Below the pieces are notes generated by a model, which was not told the origin of the DNA, did not search any database, and saw nothing but the letters and a program-made list of their open reading frames with translations. Positions 1 to 12,076 of a stretch of 64,000 nucleotides of DNA are shown in pieces. Numbering within the stretch: position 1 is the first letter of the stretch; the number at the start of each line of letters is the position of its first letter. The stretch is from contig NC_086097.1 in NCBI RefSeq assembly GCF_963921235.1, positions 23,810,001-23,874,000 on the forward strand, in the 5' to 3' direction. Both the position numbers and the translations under genes were made by a program. The DNA is from Mobula hypostoma (taxonomy: Eukaryota).

Positions 1-299
1 AGATCTCCAGAAAGCCACAATACTAAGCACCACTATAATAGTCTGAAAGTTCCTAACTACTGAGAAATGAGTGTTCTTGGCTATGCACGTACCTCAGGTT
101 TCACCAGCTTGAGCTGAGAAACAATAAAAATACAAATAAATAAGTAAGACATACTGAGGATATGAATTGTAGAGTCATGAAAGTGAGTTTATAAATTGTG
201 GAATTGGTTCAGTGAAATACATTGAAAATTGTAAATATATTAAACAAAAAATAAGTTTTTTTGATATTATGATACAATTTAAACTTATCCTACCAGGTG

Positions 300-600
300 G
301 AAATATGTGTGTCCCTCCATTCCCTTTCCTATTCATGTGTCTGTCTAAATGTTTTGTAAATGTTGCTATTGTATCTTCTTCCACCACTTCTCCCGGCAGT
401 GCATTCCACGCACTTGCCACTCTCTTTATAAAAAAAAAGCTTGCCTTGTAAATCACCTTTGAACTTTCCTTTTCTCATATTAGAGCCATGCTATCTCATA
501 TTTGACTTTTTCACATGGAAAATAGATTCTGACCATCTATACCTCTCATAATTTATATACATCTCTCAGGTCACCCTCAGCATCTGATGCTCCGAGGAAA
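300..600 (-). mobile_element. CR1/HER1-like LINE, decayed 3' fragment
   Basis: ORF 175..456 contains FFFIKRVASAWNALPGEVVEEDTIATFTKHLDRHM, the CR1 ORF2 C-terminal motif (FF..RV...WN.LP..VV). Confidence 0.85.
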
Positions 601-794
601 GTATTTATATTCTCTTCCAGTCCTGCAGACCTTTGAGATATTTGTGCCCAGCTCATGTTTCCTGGATCCCTGAATTTAATTGAACCAGCTATCCCGTCCC
701 TGCAACTGTCTGCTGCCTAAGTACTAAAGTCTCTCCCTGGACCTTTAGACCTCTTTAAATTTTTAAAGTTTTACCTGATCAAACTCTGGGCTGT

Positions 795-1285
795 CAAAGT
801 CAAAGTAAATTTATTATCAAAATACAGATACATCGCTAGGTACTACCTTGAGATTCATTTTAGCAGGAAAATGAAGAAATACAATACTGATAAACAACCA
901 ACATGCAAAAGAAGACAAGTTATGCAAATAAAAAATAAATAACACTGAAACATGAGTTGTAAAGTCCTTGAAAGTGAGCCTGATGCTTGTAGGCCAATAA
1001 CTGTTCCTGAACCTGGTGGTGTGAAACCCAAGGCTTTGTACTTTTTGACCGATGGTAATAGCAAGAATAGAGCCTAGCCTTGATGTTGGGGTGGCCTTGA
1101 CAATGGATGCTGTTTTTCTGTGGCAGTACTCCTTGTAGATGAGCCACTCCTTGTGGGTCAGGCTTTGCCTGTGACGGACTGGGCTGCATCCACTATTTTC
1201 TGCAGACTTTTCCATTCCTGGGCACTGGTGTTTCCAGACCTGGCTGTGATGCAGCCAGTTAGGATACTCTCCAATGTGGAGTGGA
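795..1285 (-). mobile_element. Rex1/Babar-like LINE 3' fragment
   Basis: Broken frames ESILTGCITA..GNTSAQEWKSLQKIVDAAQ and LLPS..KY..L; 3' UTR ends aataaatttactttgactttgac. Confidence 0.85.
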
Positions 1286-1649
1286 GAACGAGTTTGTAAA
1301 TCTGAGGGGAGCAAAGGATTTTGGAAAGGGTGAGGGGTGAATGCCATGGGAGGAGAAGGAGAGCCAGAAGTGCAGAGGTGGTGTGGGTACAGACACACCC
1401 AACCCTGAGACACCAGACGAGGTCATTTGATTCCAAACAACTGGTTTATTGATCATTACAGAATGACTCTCTGGTGCTTCAGACTCCCTCTCCTCTCCCT
1501 TCCCATTTTCCCAACCATGATACCCTTCTCCCTGTCCCCTTCCAACTCTCAGTCCACAACAGAGACCTATATCAGAGTCAGGCTTATCATCATTCACATG
1601 TCATGATTTTTTTTGTGGCAGCAGTACAATGCAATACATAAAATTACAA

Positions 1650-1716
1650 CAGTACTGTGCAAAAGTCTCAGGCATCCTAGCTATAAATATGTGCCTAAGA
1701 CTTTTGCAAAGCACTG
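1650..1716. mobile_element. 67-bp Tc1-like micro-MITE (two 25-bp TIRs, 17-nt spacer)
   Basis: cagtactgtgcaaaagtctcaggca (1650-1674) and tgcctaagacttttgcaaagcactg (1692-1716) are 22/25 complementary; CAGT...CAAAAGT start is Tc1-like. Confidence 0.7.
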
Positions 1717-1719
1717 AAC

Positions 1720-1910
1720 CTCTGAAGTCCTCCCTATTCTTACCTCCAATTGACTTCATATTATGCCATTGTGTATTAGACATTTCCACCCCAAGCAAAT
1801 AGCACTAGTTGTCCACTCTATCTATGCCTCTTATCATCTTATCATCTTATACACCTCTATGAAGTCACCTCTCATCCTTCCTTGCTACAAAGTGAAAGGC
1901 TCTAGCCTGA
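1720..1910 (-). mobile_element. CR1-like LINE fragment
   Basis: tccactctatctatgcctc...cttatacacctctat..agtcacctctcatcc matches the minus-strand CR1 copy at 4840-4900. Confidence 0.7.
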
Positions 1911-3129
1911 CTTTTTGGTTAACTGAGGGCACTCAGATTTAAAGACTGCATTTTTCAATAGTTCCATTTAATATCAGAGAATATACAAAATATACAGCCT
2001 GAAATTCTAGTTCTTCACAGACGTCCATGAAAACAGAAGGGTACCCCAAGGAATGTGGGACAATAAAAACGTCCGAACTCCAAAGCCCCCATTTACATGC
2101 AGCAGCAAAACTATTGACCGTCCCCCTTTCCCCCACTTACTTCAGCAAAAAACATCAGCACCCTGCACCCAGCAAACAAGCAATAGCAAAGCTCCCAAGA
2201 AAGACCATGATCTGCAGTACCACAAAAATAAATCATTCATCCAACAATTCAACATTACGCAGGCTCTCTCTCTCTCTCTCTCCCTCTCCCTAATATAGGG
2301 GCAGAGAGGAGTCACACAGCGAGAGGAGAGCCTGACAAAGAAAAACTTCTATTCATGCATTGATCAAAGGAAAAAATGAAAAATAATCAACAAAATATAA
2401 TGAAAAATGTTGCGGATGTAGGAAAATACCTTATACTTATTTTGGTAGATTTGATAGATTTCTATCCTCCATTTTGCTGATGGTTAACAATTTTAAGAAG
2501 TTTTTTTTGAAGTGGTTTGGGTATTCAATTGAGTTTTTTATTGTAAGGAATTAGAAATAGTCTGCAGTGTGTGCGACGCAAGGCATTCAGTCATAATTCT
2601 GCTGACATTTGTAGAAAGTTGAGCTTTAGAATGTCATCAGATTGAATGAGTGTCTTGTAATTCACTGTGACCCGTCCATTACCCAATAATAAATTAGTCC
2701 AGATAAGCAAAATTGGATTTAAACTTCATTAATTGTTTACTCAAGAATTTACACTCATTGATAAAAGATAAGCAGCCAGCATTCATTGATTAGCACATAA
2801 TAAAACTTAGGTATTGTTAAAAGACTTTGCCATCGATCTCCTCTTCAACAAATTACAATATTCCATCTCCTCAAAGGTCTTGTCATCAGAAGAATTATTC
2901 TGCAGCTAATGGAAAGAAGCAGCTTTGAATTCAGAAGCCTTTCTAATCAGTTTATCAGACTTCATCAACCACCTCAGGAACTTATCATTTATTTCTCCCA
3001 ATCTTTTCTCTGAGGATTAAACAATTATGCATTGATTTCTACATTTTCCTCTGGTTTCACTATCTAGAGTGTTCCAAGTCAGGTTCCTGCTAAGTTCCTT
3101 TTGTTTCTTTATTTCCATAAAATCTTCAG

Positions 3130-3736
3130 ACATAGAATTAGAATTAGACCATTCAGCCCATCGAGTCTGCTCTGCTGTTCCATCACGGCTGATTTCCCCA
3201 TTCTCCTGCTTTCTCCCTATAATCTTTGATGCCCTTACTGATCAAGAACCTATCAACCTCGTCTATAAATATGCCCTATATCTTGGCCTCCACAACTGTC
3301 TGTTGCATGAATATAGACACAGTACCTTCTTGCTAAAGAAGTTCTTCCTCATCTCTTTTCCAAAGGGCTGCTTCCCTATTCTGAGGCTGTGCACATCCCC
3401 ATAATAGCAAGCAGCCTCTCCATCTCTGTACTATCTAGGCTTTCAATATTTGATAGCTTTCAATGAGATTTCTCTCCCACCCCCACCCCCCCACCATTCT
3501 TCGAAACTCCAGAGAGTAAACTCAAAGCCATCAAACACTCCTCATATGTTAATCTTTTCATTTCTGGGATTATTCTTGTGAACCTTCTCTGAACCCTCTC
3601 CAACGCCAGCACACCAGCACATCCTTTCTGAGATGAGCGGCCAAAAACTGCTCATAGTACGCCAAGACAGTCTCACTAATGCCTTATAAAGCCTTAGCAT
3701 TGCATTCTTGCTTTGATATTCTACTTTTTTGAAATG

Positions 3737-3740
<4 letters not shown>
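3130..3740 (-). mobile_element. CR1-like LINE 3' fragment
   Basis: ctaaagaagttcttcctcatctc...cctattctgaggctgtg (antisense of GHSLRI.G......RKNFF) and ccaaaaactgctcatagtac (antisense of EYC.QFW). Confidence 0.8.

Positions 3741-3741
<1 letters not shown>

Positions 3742-3826
<85 letters not shown>
3742..3826. repeat. (CA)n microsatellite
   Basis: About 42 CA units with one interruption. Confidence 0.98.
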
Positions 3827-3828
<2 letters not shown>

Positions 3829-4299
3829 TAAATCACACCCTGACCTCAATCTTAAAAGACGGGCCATTTCTTAATACATCTGTGTGATTTTTCATTTCCA
3901 ACATCAGCCATCAAATTGATTCTGTGGCTGAAACTGCCAATTTGATGCCAATTTGCGCTGAATTGTTGGCTCTTTTACACGGATACCAGCAGGAGCCAGG
4001 AGAGAGCTATTCAAAGTTATTTCAGTTTGAGATAATGTGCTGAGCCCTCTGAGTGACATTAAGAAACTTGCAATTATGCAGCACCCAATTTTACTTACAA
4101 TATCTGTGAGCCCTTAACAGTCAATGAAGTATTTCCGAACTGAAGTCTCTGCTATAATAGAAACAACAATTTCTATTTATAAAGCTCCACCACACAAATA
4201 AAATGCTAAAATGCCTCAAACCATTTCATGTTTGCTACAAACAACAAGCATCTTGTCAGTCCTTATGGGAGATAGAATCAGAGGTTCTAGAATTAAGCA

Positions 4300-5200
4300 G
4301 CTCCATCAGGCTCCTGAACCCATGTGGATAACTTCACTCACCTCAACACTGAACTGACTCCACAACCTATGAACTCACTTTCAAGGACTCTGCACATTTT
4401 GAATTAGTTGCATAATATGTCTTTTTTTGTACATTCGTTGTTTGTAGTCTTTGTTGTTTATAGTTTGTCATAAATTCTAATGCATTTCTTTATTTTTCTG
4501 CAAATGCCTGCAAGGCCATGAATCTCAAGGGAGTAGAACATAGAACATAGAATAGTACAGCACAGTACTGGCCCTTCGGCCCACAATGTTGTGCCGACCC
4601 TCAAACCCTGCCTCCCATATAACTCCCCACATTAAATTCCTCCATATACCTGTCTAGTAGTCTTTTAAACATCACAAGTGTATCTGTCTCCACCACTGAC
4701 TCAGGCAGGGTATTCCACGCACCAACCACTCTCTGAGTAAAAAACCTTCCTCTAATATCCCCCTTGAACTTCCCACCCCTTATCTTAAAGCCATGTCCTC
4801 TTGTATTGAGCAGTGGTGCCCTGGGGAAGAGGCGCTGGCTATCCACTCTATCTATTCCTCTTACTATCTTGTACACCTCTATCATGTCTCCTCTCATCCT
4901 CCTTCTCTCCAAAGAGTAAAGCCCTAGCTCCCCTAATCTCTGATCATAATGCACACTCTCTAAACCAGACAGAATCCTGGTAAATATCCTCTGTACCCTT
5001 TCCAATGCTTCCACATCCTTCCTATAGTGAGGTGACCAGAACTGGACACATTACTCCAAGTGTGGCCTAACCAGAGTTTTATAGAGCTGCATCATTACAT
5101 CGCAACTCTTAAACTCTATCCCTCGACTTATGAAAGCTAACACCCCATAAGCACATGGTGATGTATGCACTCTGCACTTTAATAATAAAGTTACTTTGAA
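4300..5200 (+). mobile_element. Rex1-like 3' UTR interrupted by a CR1 insertion
   Basis: Tail runs 4300-4535 (ccatcaggctcctgaacc...gaatctcaagg) and resumes near 5151 (catggtgatgtatg...aataaagttactttgaa). Confidence 0.7.
4534..5150 (-). mobile_element. CR1/HER1-like LINE 3' end
   Basis: ORF 4601..5014 (LERVQRIFTR...LGLYSLERRRMRGDMIEVYKI...TRGHGFK...FFTQRVVGAWNTLP) plus 3' UTR and (TTCTATG)n tail. Confidence 0.93.
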
Positions 5201-5459
5201 TTTGGAAGTTTGACACAGGTCCACATCTTGTCCATGCTGCTATTTGCACTGATTCCATTTGCATGCCTTGGGCTTGTTCTCTTTTATGTCTTTCCTATCC
5301 AAGCATCACCTACATTCTCCTCGCAAGATACTGGGGCAAATGATGAAAGGCTAGTTCATGAGAATGGTGTCGAGCAGCACTGAAGGAGGGAGGAAGGAGC
5401 TTGAGGTCTTCACAGCTGAAGCAACATTAACCAGTGATGGAGCAATCAAGTTCGCAATA

Positions 5460-5960
5460 AAGTTCAAAGTAAATTTACTATCAAGGTGCTAATATTGAAT
5501 CTTGAGATTCATGTTCTTGCAGGATTTTATAGGAAAGTAAGGAAATATAATAGAATTCATGAAAAACTATACATATGCAGGAAAAAACTGACTGACAAAC
5601 GATCAATGTGCAAACTGTGTAAAATAAAAATAATACTGAGAACACGAGTTGTAAAGAATCCTTGAAAGTGAGTCTGTAGCCCATAGAATCAGTTGAGAGT
5701 TATGGTGAGTGAAAGTATCCAGGCCAGTTCAGTAGTCTGATGGTTGTAGGCTCATAACCTGGTCGTGTGGGACCTAAGGCTCTGGTACCTCCTGCCTGAT
5801 GGTAGTAGAGAGAAGACAGGTTAGTCTGAGTGTGGCGGTCTTTAATGATGAATGCTGCTTTATATGGTAGCTCTCCATTAGGTAAATGTTCTCGATGATG
5901 GGGAGGACTTTGCCTGTGATGGACTGTATCCACCACTTTTTGTTGACTTTCCTGTTCCTC
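5460..5960 (-). mobile_element. Rex1-like LINE 3' fragment
   Basis: SQQKVVDT...KAAFIIKD motif and aaatttactttgaactt tail. Confidence 0.8.
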
Positions 5961-6392
5961 CATTCTAAGGTTAGACATGTTAGACATGAAGTTCTGCTCC
6001 ATGAAGAGTGACCATGGAGTCATACAGCACAGAAACAGTGTCCCTGTTAACCATTAAGTCCATTCTTCAGACTGACTTGTCCATGTTAACTATCATGTAT
6101 GGGACTAGCTCTGGAAGCACCTTCCTTTGTCGGCATGAATGAGCTGAGCCAAAGTGCCAACTCTTATGGCTCCAAGTATATTCAACCTATTTATCAGTAT
6201 GCGGTCTGCTACCTTGGCAATATAATTGCTCAAATCACCAAAAGGTGTTGCAGTGCGTTGTACTGTACAAGCTCAGAGTGAAAGCCTAAAATTATCAGTC
6301 ACCTGCCATGATAAAAATAAAAAGCAGCAGAAGATTTTGTGGTAATTGGTACCAAAATTTAATAGTTGGAGATGGCCATAACCTGTGCAGCA

Positions 6393-6396
<4 letters not shown>

Positions 6397-6446
<50 letters not shown>
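6397..6446. repeat. (CA)n microsatellite inside a PLE terminal fragment
   Basis: 25 CA units, followed by tctcagcaggtcaggcagcatctatgg of the PLE terminus (6471-6540). Confidence 0.95.
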
Positions 6447-6448
<2 letters not shown>

Positions 6449-6893
6449 CATCCTCCATGCTGCTGTACAATCTCAGCAGGTCAGGCAGCATCTATGGAAA
6501 TGAAAAAACAGTTGACTTTTTGGGCTGAGACCCTTCCTCTGAATAACTGGTGGAGTATTAAGAATAAAAAGGGGTGGAGATGGGCATGAAAGATTGAAAA
6601 GACTAGTGCAGTGCAATTGTGTCAAAGATGAAGAAATAAAACAGTTCAAGGAGATTAAGGATAAAAATATATGTAAGATTTGGATTATTTATCACACAAT
6701 TGATTTTGCTTGTATCCTTCCATGAGTTATTGGTACTTGTGTTGCTATGCTGAGCATAGAAGGCATGCTATGTTGGCGCTGGAGTGCAAGGCTGGCATTG
6801 TAGTCTGCCACCAGCACATCTGTAGGTTATGTTGGTTCCTAATGTAAATGACACATTTCACTGTGTGTTTCAATATACTTGTTATAAATAAAT

Positions 6894-7564
6894 GGACCTG
6901 CACCTGGACATGGACTAGGACATGGACAAGGACCTGGATCTAGATGTGTAACTGGACCTGGGCCAGGATCTTAACCTGGACATAGACTCAGACCGGGATC
7001 TTGACCAGGACATGGACCTTGAACTGGATCTTGACATAGACCCAGGCCCAGACCTGGACCTTGACCTAAACATGGACCCAGACAGGGAAATGAACCCAGA
7101 TCCAGACCTGGACCTGGACCTACACATAGACCCAGAACTGGACATGGACCTTGACCCGGATCTAGACCTGGACCCAGACATGCACCCAGACCTGGACCTG
7201 GATATGGACCAAGACCCAGCCCCAGCCCCGGACCTGGACCCGGCCCTGGACCTGGACCCAGACCTGGACCTGGACATGGATCTGGACCTGAACCTGGACC
7301 TGGAAATGGACACAGACCCAGACTTGGACCTTGACCTGGACATGGACATGGACATGGACCCGGAGCTGGATATGGACCCAGGTCTGGACCTGGACCTGGA
7401 CCTGGACCTTGACCCGGACCTGGATCTAAACATAGATCCGGACCTGGACCTGAACGTTGTCATGAACCCGGACTTGGATATGGATCCAGACCCAGACCTG
7501 GATCCGGACCCAGAACCAGCCTCGGCTCTGGACCCGGACTTGGACCCGGACATGGACCTGGACT
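6894..7564. repeat. Degenerate hexamer array (GGACCT/GGACAT/GGACCC)n, about 110 units
   Basis: Direct inspection; 6-nt phase gives the (DL/DP/DM)n ORF on + and the (RS/GS)n ORF on -. Confidence 0.97.
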
Positions 7565-8324
7565 TTAGAGGGAGTCAAAGTGTTTGGGGAAATTGGAAGT
7601 TTATGTAATGAAAGTCCTTTGTGTGAGCTGGAAAGTACTTCAGTAATGGAGATTCCGAATCTCTAATTGAAGTCACCGAAGAGTAAGAACAAAAATAGAG
7701 GAGTAAGAATGAGGCAGAAACATGCTGGTGATATGATGAACTTGTGTCTATAAGATGTGGGAAAACAAGATTTTCATAGCCCACTCTCAATATTGCTAAT
7801 AGAGTGCCAACCACAGTTACTTAACAGCACATTCCTCGTCTGCGAGAACAAGGTTGTGGTTTTACACCCTATGCCAGAACTTGCACATGAAGTTACGCTG
7901 ACACGTCAGTTCAGTGCTGGTGTGGGTGGATGACTTATGAAAGCAAGGCCCCCATCTGCTTGCTCAGCTCTGCAGAAAATCACCAGTGGCATCGCTTCAG
8001 GTAGGGAGTGGGCAGCTGATGCTTTGGATGAATGAGACTGTTCTTCTCATACTCTGACCAACATTTCTTCTAAACAGCTTTGAATGTCACTGGCTTTTGA
8101 AATATTCTGCTGTGAAAGTGATTAATATGAAAATTGCTATTTTAACATGTGGTGAAATGCTTTGAGACATTTACAATATGCATCACCAGAAATTATTTTG
8201 GCAAGTTTTTTTTTTGAAAATACATATTTGGAAAACACTGCTTGCTTCAAAAGGCAGTTGGGTAAAATCTTCATGTAAGTTATTGTGAAGCTGGAAGAGA
8301 AGTGTGGCTCGTTAAATAAGGACA

Positions 8325-8620
8325 GTCACACAGTAGGTAGTGCCACTGCCTCACAGCACCAGTGACCCAGGTTTGATCCTGACCTCTGATGCTGTCTGTG
8401 TGGCGTCTGCATGCTCTCCCAGTGACCATGTATGTTTAACCCACAGACTCCAGCAACCTCCCGAGTTTACAAAGGTGTGCTGAATGGTAGTTATTGTATA
8501 TGGGTGGCAAGAGGATGAGGGGAATGTCAACAAGAATGTGGGAGGAACAGGTGACAGAACAAAGATTGATGGGATTGCCCTGAAAACCAGCGTTAATGCA
8601 TTGGGCCTAAAGGTTCCCTC
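8325..8620 (+). mobile_element. V-SINE (HE1-like) tRNA-derived SINE
   Basis: ctgcctcacagcaccagtgacccaggtttgatcctgacctc head followed by V-domain-like tgctgtctgtgtggcgtctgcatgctctcccagtgacc. Confidence 0.75.
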
Positions 8621-9069
8621 AATCGTTAAAAAGAAAACCTATTACCAAGAGCCACAGCAAAACAATGGGCTGAACATCGTCCCTCTGTGCTGCATGTTGC
8701 CAAACTTCTTTGATGATCTATTATTAAACATCTGCAATTATGAGACCCTGCGTATTTTTTAAGTGTTGTATCTTTAAGAGGAAAGCTCTCATTGGGGCTC
8801 TGTGGCCATTGACTAGTGTTTGGCCTGGATCAAGGTGAAAGTTTTCAGCTCCTGTGATGAATTATGTACTCTGAGCTAAGATGTAAATAAGGACAAAAAA
8901 ATTGAGAAGGGAGCTATCCATCTGTTTGACTTCAACCCGCTGACTCGTCACATGAAGTCACATCAGAAAGAATTACCATAGCACAATCAATGCATGTGAT
9001 GTGGCAGTGAGCTGATAGATTCTGTCTTTGAGTCATATCTTGCCAGTTGCATTGTTGCCGTCTTCTACT

Positions 9070-9650
9070 CATAGAACGTAGAACAATGAACACTATAGCA
9101 CAATACAGACCCTTCAGCCCACGATGTTGTGCCTATCTTTTAACCTAATCTAAGATGCATCGAACCCTTCCCCCTACGTAGCCCTTCATATTTCTATCAC
9201 TCATGTGTCTATCTAAAAGTTTCTTTAATGCCTCGAATACATCTGCCTCCATCACCACCTCTGGCAGTACATGCCATGCACCCACTATTCTCTACATAGT
9301 AAAACTACCTCTGACATCCCCCTATACCTTCTTCCGAATTATGCCCCCTCATATTAGCCATTTCCCTCTGGGGAAAGGTTTCTGGCTATCCACTTGAACT
9401 GTAGCTCTTACCATCTTGTACACCTGTATCAAGTCACCTATCATCCTCTTCCTCTCCAGACGGAAAAGTCCTAGCTCACTCAACCTTTCCTCATAAGACA
9501 TGCTCTCTAATCCAGGCAGCATCCTGGTAATTCTCCTCTGTATCCTGCCTAAAGCTTCCACATCCTTTCTATAATAAGGTGACTAGAACTGAGCATAATA
9601 TTCCAAGTGTGGTCTACTCAGAGTTTTATAGAGTTAGAACATTACCTCTT
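9070..9650 (-). mobile_element. CR1/HER1-like LINE 3' fragment
   Basis: ORF 9349..9561 ALGRIQRRITRMLPGLESMSYEERLSELGLFRLE..R..GDLIQVYK. Confidence 0.9.
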
Positions 9651-10893
9651 GCCCGTACTCTTTAAGCACATATACATATGCAGTCATGTGCCTCATGGAA
9701 ACATGCATGCTTTCACCTCAGATGCAGGGGTCAGATGAGCTTCAAGATGAGCTATGAACCAAAGGGATATTGAAGTCATTAATTGCAACCTGATTACTTC
9801 ATAAAAGAATATATCTAAGTCAAAGTTCAAAGTAAAATTTGTTATCAGGGTACATACATGTCACCACATACAACACCGAGATTCTTTTCTCTGTGGGCAT
9901 ACTTAGCAAATCTATAGAACAGAAACAGTAAACGGGATCTGTAAACTGTAAATATCAGGAACTGTAAACTAAACAAACTGTGCAAATGCAAATAATAAAT
10001 AAATAGCAACAAATAACGAGCATAAAATAACAAGATAAAAGATAACAAGATAAATGAGTGTAGTTATCCCCTTTTGTTCCAGGTGGTATCTGGTAGTGCG
10101 AGTCCTGAGGCTATATAAATTAAATTGAACAACTAGTGCAAAAAGAGAGCAAATATAATGAGGTTATGTTCATGTGTTGGTTCATTGTCCATTCAGAAAT
10201 CTGATGGCAGAGAGAGAGAAGCTCTTCCTAAAACATAAAGAGCATGTCCCAGGTGATGGGTCGGCTTAGTGATGACTCCATCGTTTTCAAGGCATCCATT
10301 TTGTCTGTGATGCTGAAGATTTCCAGCTTCTACAGAATCTCTTGAGTCTCTAAGAAGAAGCAGGAGTTGGCCACTAACCCCTGAGACCTGCTCTCCCGGT
10401 CTGTAAATTCAGGATTGATCGGATTTTGGCTTTAATTCTAGATTCCTCTCCAATCCCCATTATCTCTGGCCCCTATCATGCAAAATCCTAGTCTTGATTG
10501 AACATCATTTATCAGCATCTATTGGGAATTCCAAGTATCCACACCACTCTGAGAGAAGAAATCCCGACTCATCTCAGTTTATGTTGTGTGTTCCCTTATG
10601 CTGAGACTATACCCCTGTCACCACTAGCATCAAATCTGTCAAGTCATTTCAGAATCTTGTATGTCTCACTTCATTTATGAAAAGTCAATTACACTCACTC
10701 TTTCCTCATAAATATCCGTGAGTCTTAGAATCTGAGGACAAGGACTGGAGGCCTGGAGCCGGCCTGACTGGATGCGTGAGAGGGCGGATGGGATGGATGG
10801 GAAAGGGGCTTGCTTTGTTGTTGTTGTCTTGTTTTGTTCTTGTTGCTGCTGCTTGTACTACTCAGCAGGTCGGGCAGCATCCGTAGAAACGAT

Positions 10894-10931
10894 CAGTCAA
10901 TGTTTCAGGTCGAGACCCTTCGTCAGGACTG
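10894..10931 (-). ncRNA. Minimal type-I hammerhead ribozyme motif (PLE terminus), core intact
   Basis: Minus strand reads CAGUC CUGACGA A GGGU CUCG ACCU GAA ACAU U GACUG: 5-bp helix I, CUGANGA, 4-bp helix II, GAAA, UH. Confidence 0.8.
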
Positions 10932-12076
10932 AAGATGGAAGGGGCAAGGTGCCTTATAAAGAAGGTGGGGGGAGGGTGGGAAGGAGAAGGCTGGTAGGTT
11001 CCAGGTGAAAAACCAGTAAGGGGAAAGATAAAGGGGTGGGGGAGGGGATAGGCAGGAAAGGTGAAGAAGGAATAGAGGAAAGCACAATGGATAGTAGAAG
11101 GAGGCAGAACCATGAGGGAGGCGATAGGCAGCTGGAGGAGGGGACAGAGTGAAACTGGGATGGGGGAAGGGAGGGGCAAGGAATTACCAGAAGTTGGAAA
11201 ATTCAATGTTCATGCCAAGGGGCTGGAGACTACCCAGACAGTATATAAGGTGTTGCTCCTCCAACCTGAGTTTAGCCTCATCATGGCAGTAAAGGAGGCC
11301 ATGTATGGACATATCCGAATGGGAATGTGAAGTGGGTGGCAACTGGGAGATCCTGTCTGTTGTGGCGGATAGAGCGGTGGTGCTTGACAAAGTGGTCCCT
11401 CAATCTGCATCGGGTCTCACCGATGTAGAGGAGGCCGCACCAGGAGCATGGGATGCAATAGGTGACCCCAACAGACTCACAAGTGAGGTGTTGCCTCACC
11501 TAGAAGGACTGTTTGGGGCCCTGAATTGTGGTGAGAGAGGAGGTGTAGCGACAGGTGTAGCACTTATGCTTACAGGGATAAGTGCTGGGTGGGAGATCCG
11601 TGGGGAGGGATGTGTGGACCGGGGGTCGCGGAGGGAACTATCCCTGTGGAAAGTGGAGAGGGAAAGATGTGCTTAGTGGTAGGGTCCTGTTGAAGGTGGC
11701 AGAAGTTGTGGAGGATAATCTGCGGAGGCTGATGGGGTGGTAGGTGAGGACAAGGGGATCTCTGTCCCTGTTGTGGTGGCAGGAGGATGGGGTGAGGGCC
11801 AAAGTGTGGGAAATGAAGGAGATGCGGGTGAGGGCATCATTGATGACGTGAGAAGGGAAATCACGATCCTTAAAGAAATAGGGCATTTGAGATGTCCTGG
11901 AGCAGAAAGCCTCATCCTAGGAGCAGATGCGGCAGAGCCGGAGGAACTGGGAATAGGGAATAGCATTTTTGCATGTGGTAGAGCCCCAGCTATGCCTGCC
12001 TCTTCATTGGTTATGTGGTCCCCACCACCACCGCCCTCCTCCGGTTGGCGGAACTGGTGCTCACACTTAATCTCTT

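Noticed and set aside
6915..7608. RS-rich (SR-protein-like) and Asp/Leu-rich ORFs as host genes
   Set aside because: Both are direct translations of a hexamer array, with no RRM or other domain and no gene context.
7575..7700. Possible exon ending at GA|GTAAGA (about 7683)
   Set aside because: No acceptable acceptor before the in-frame stop, and the peptide is not recognised.
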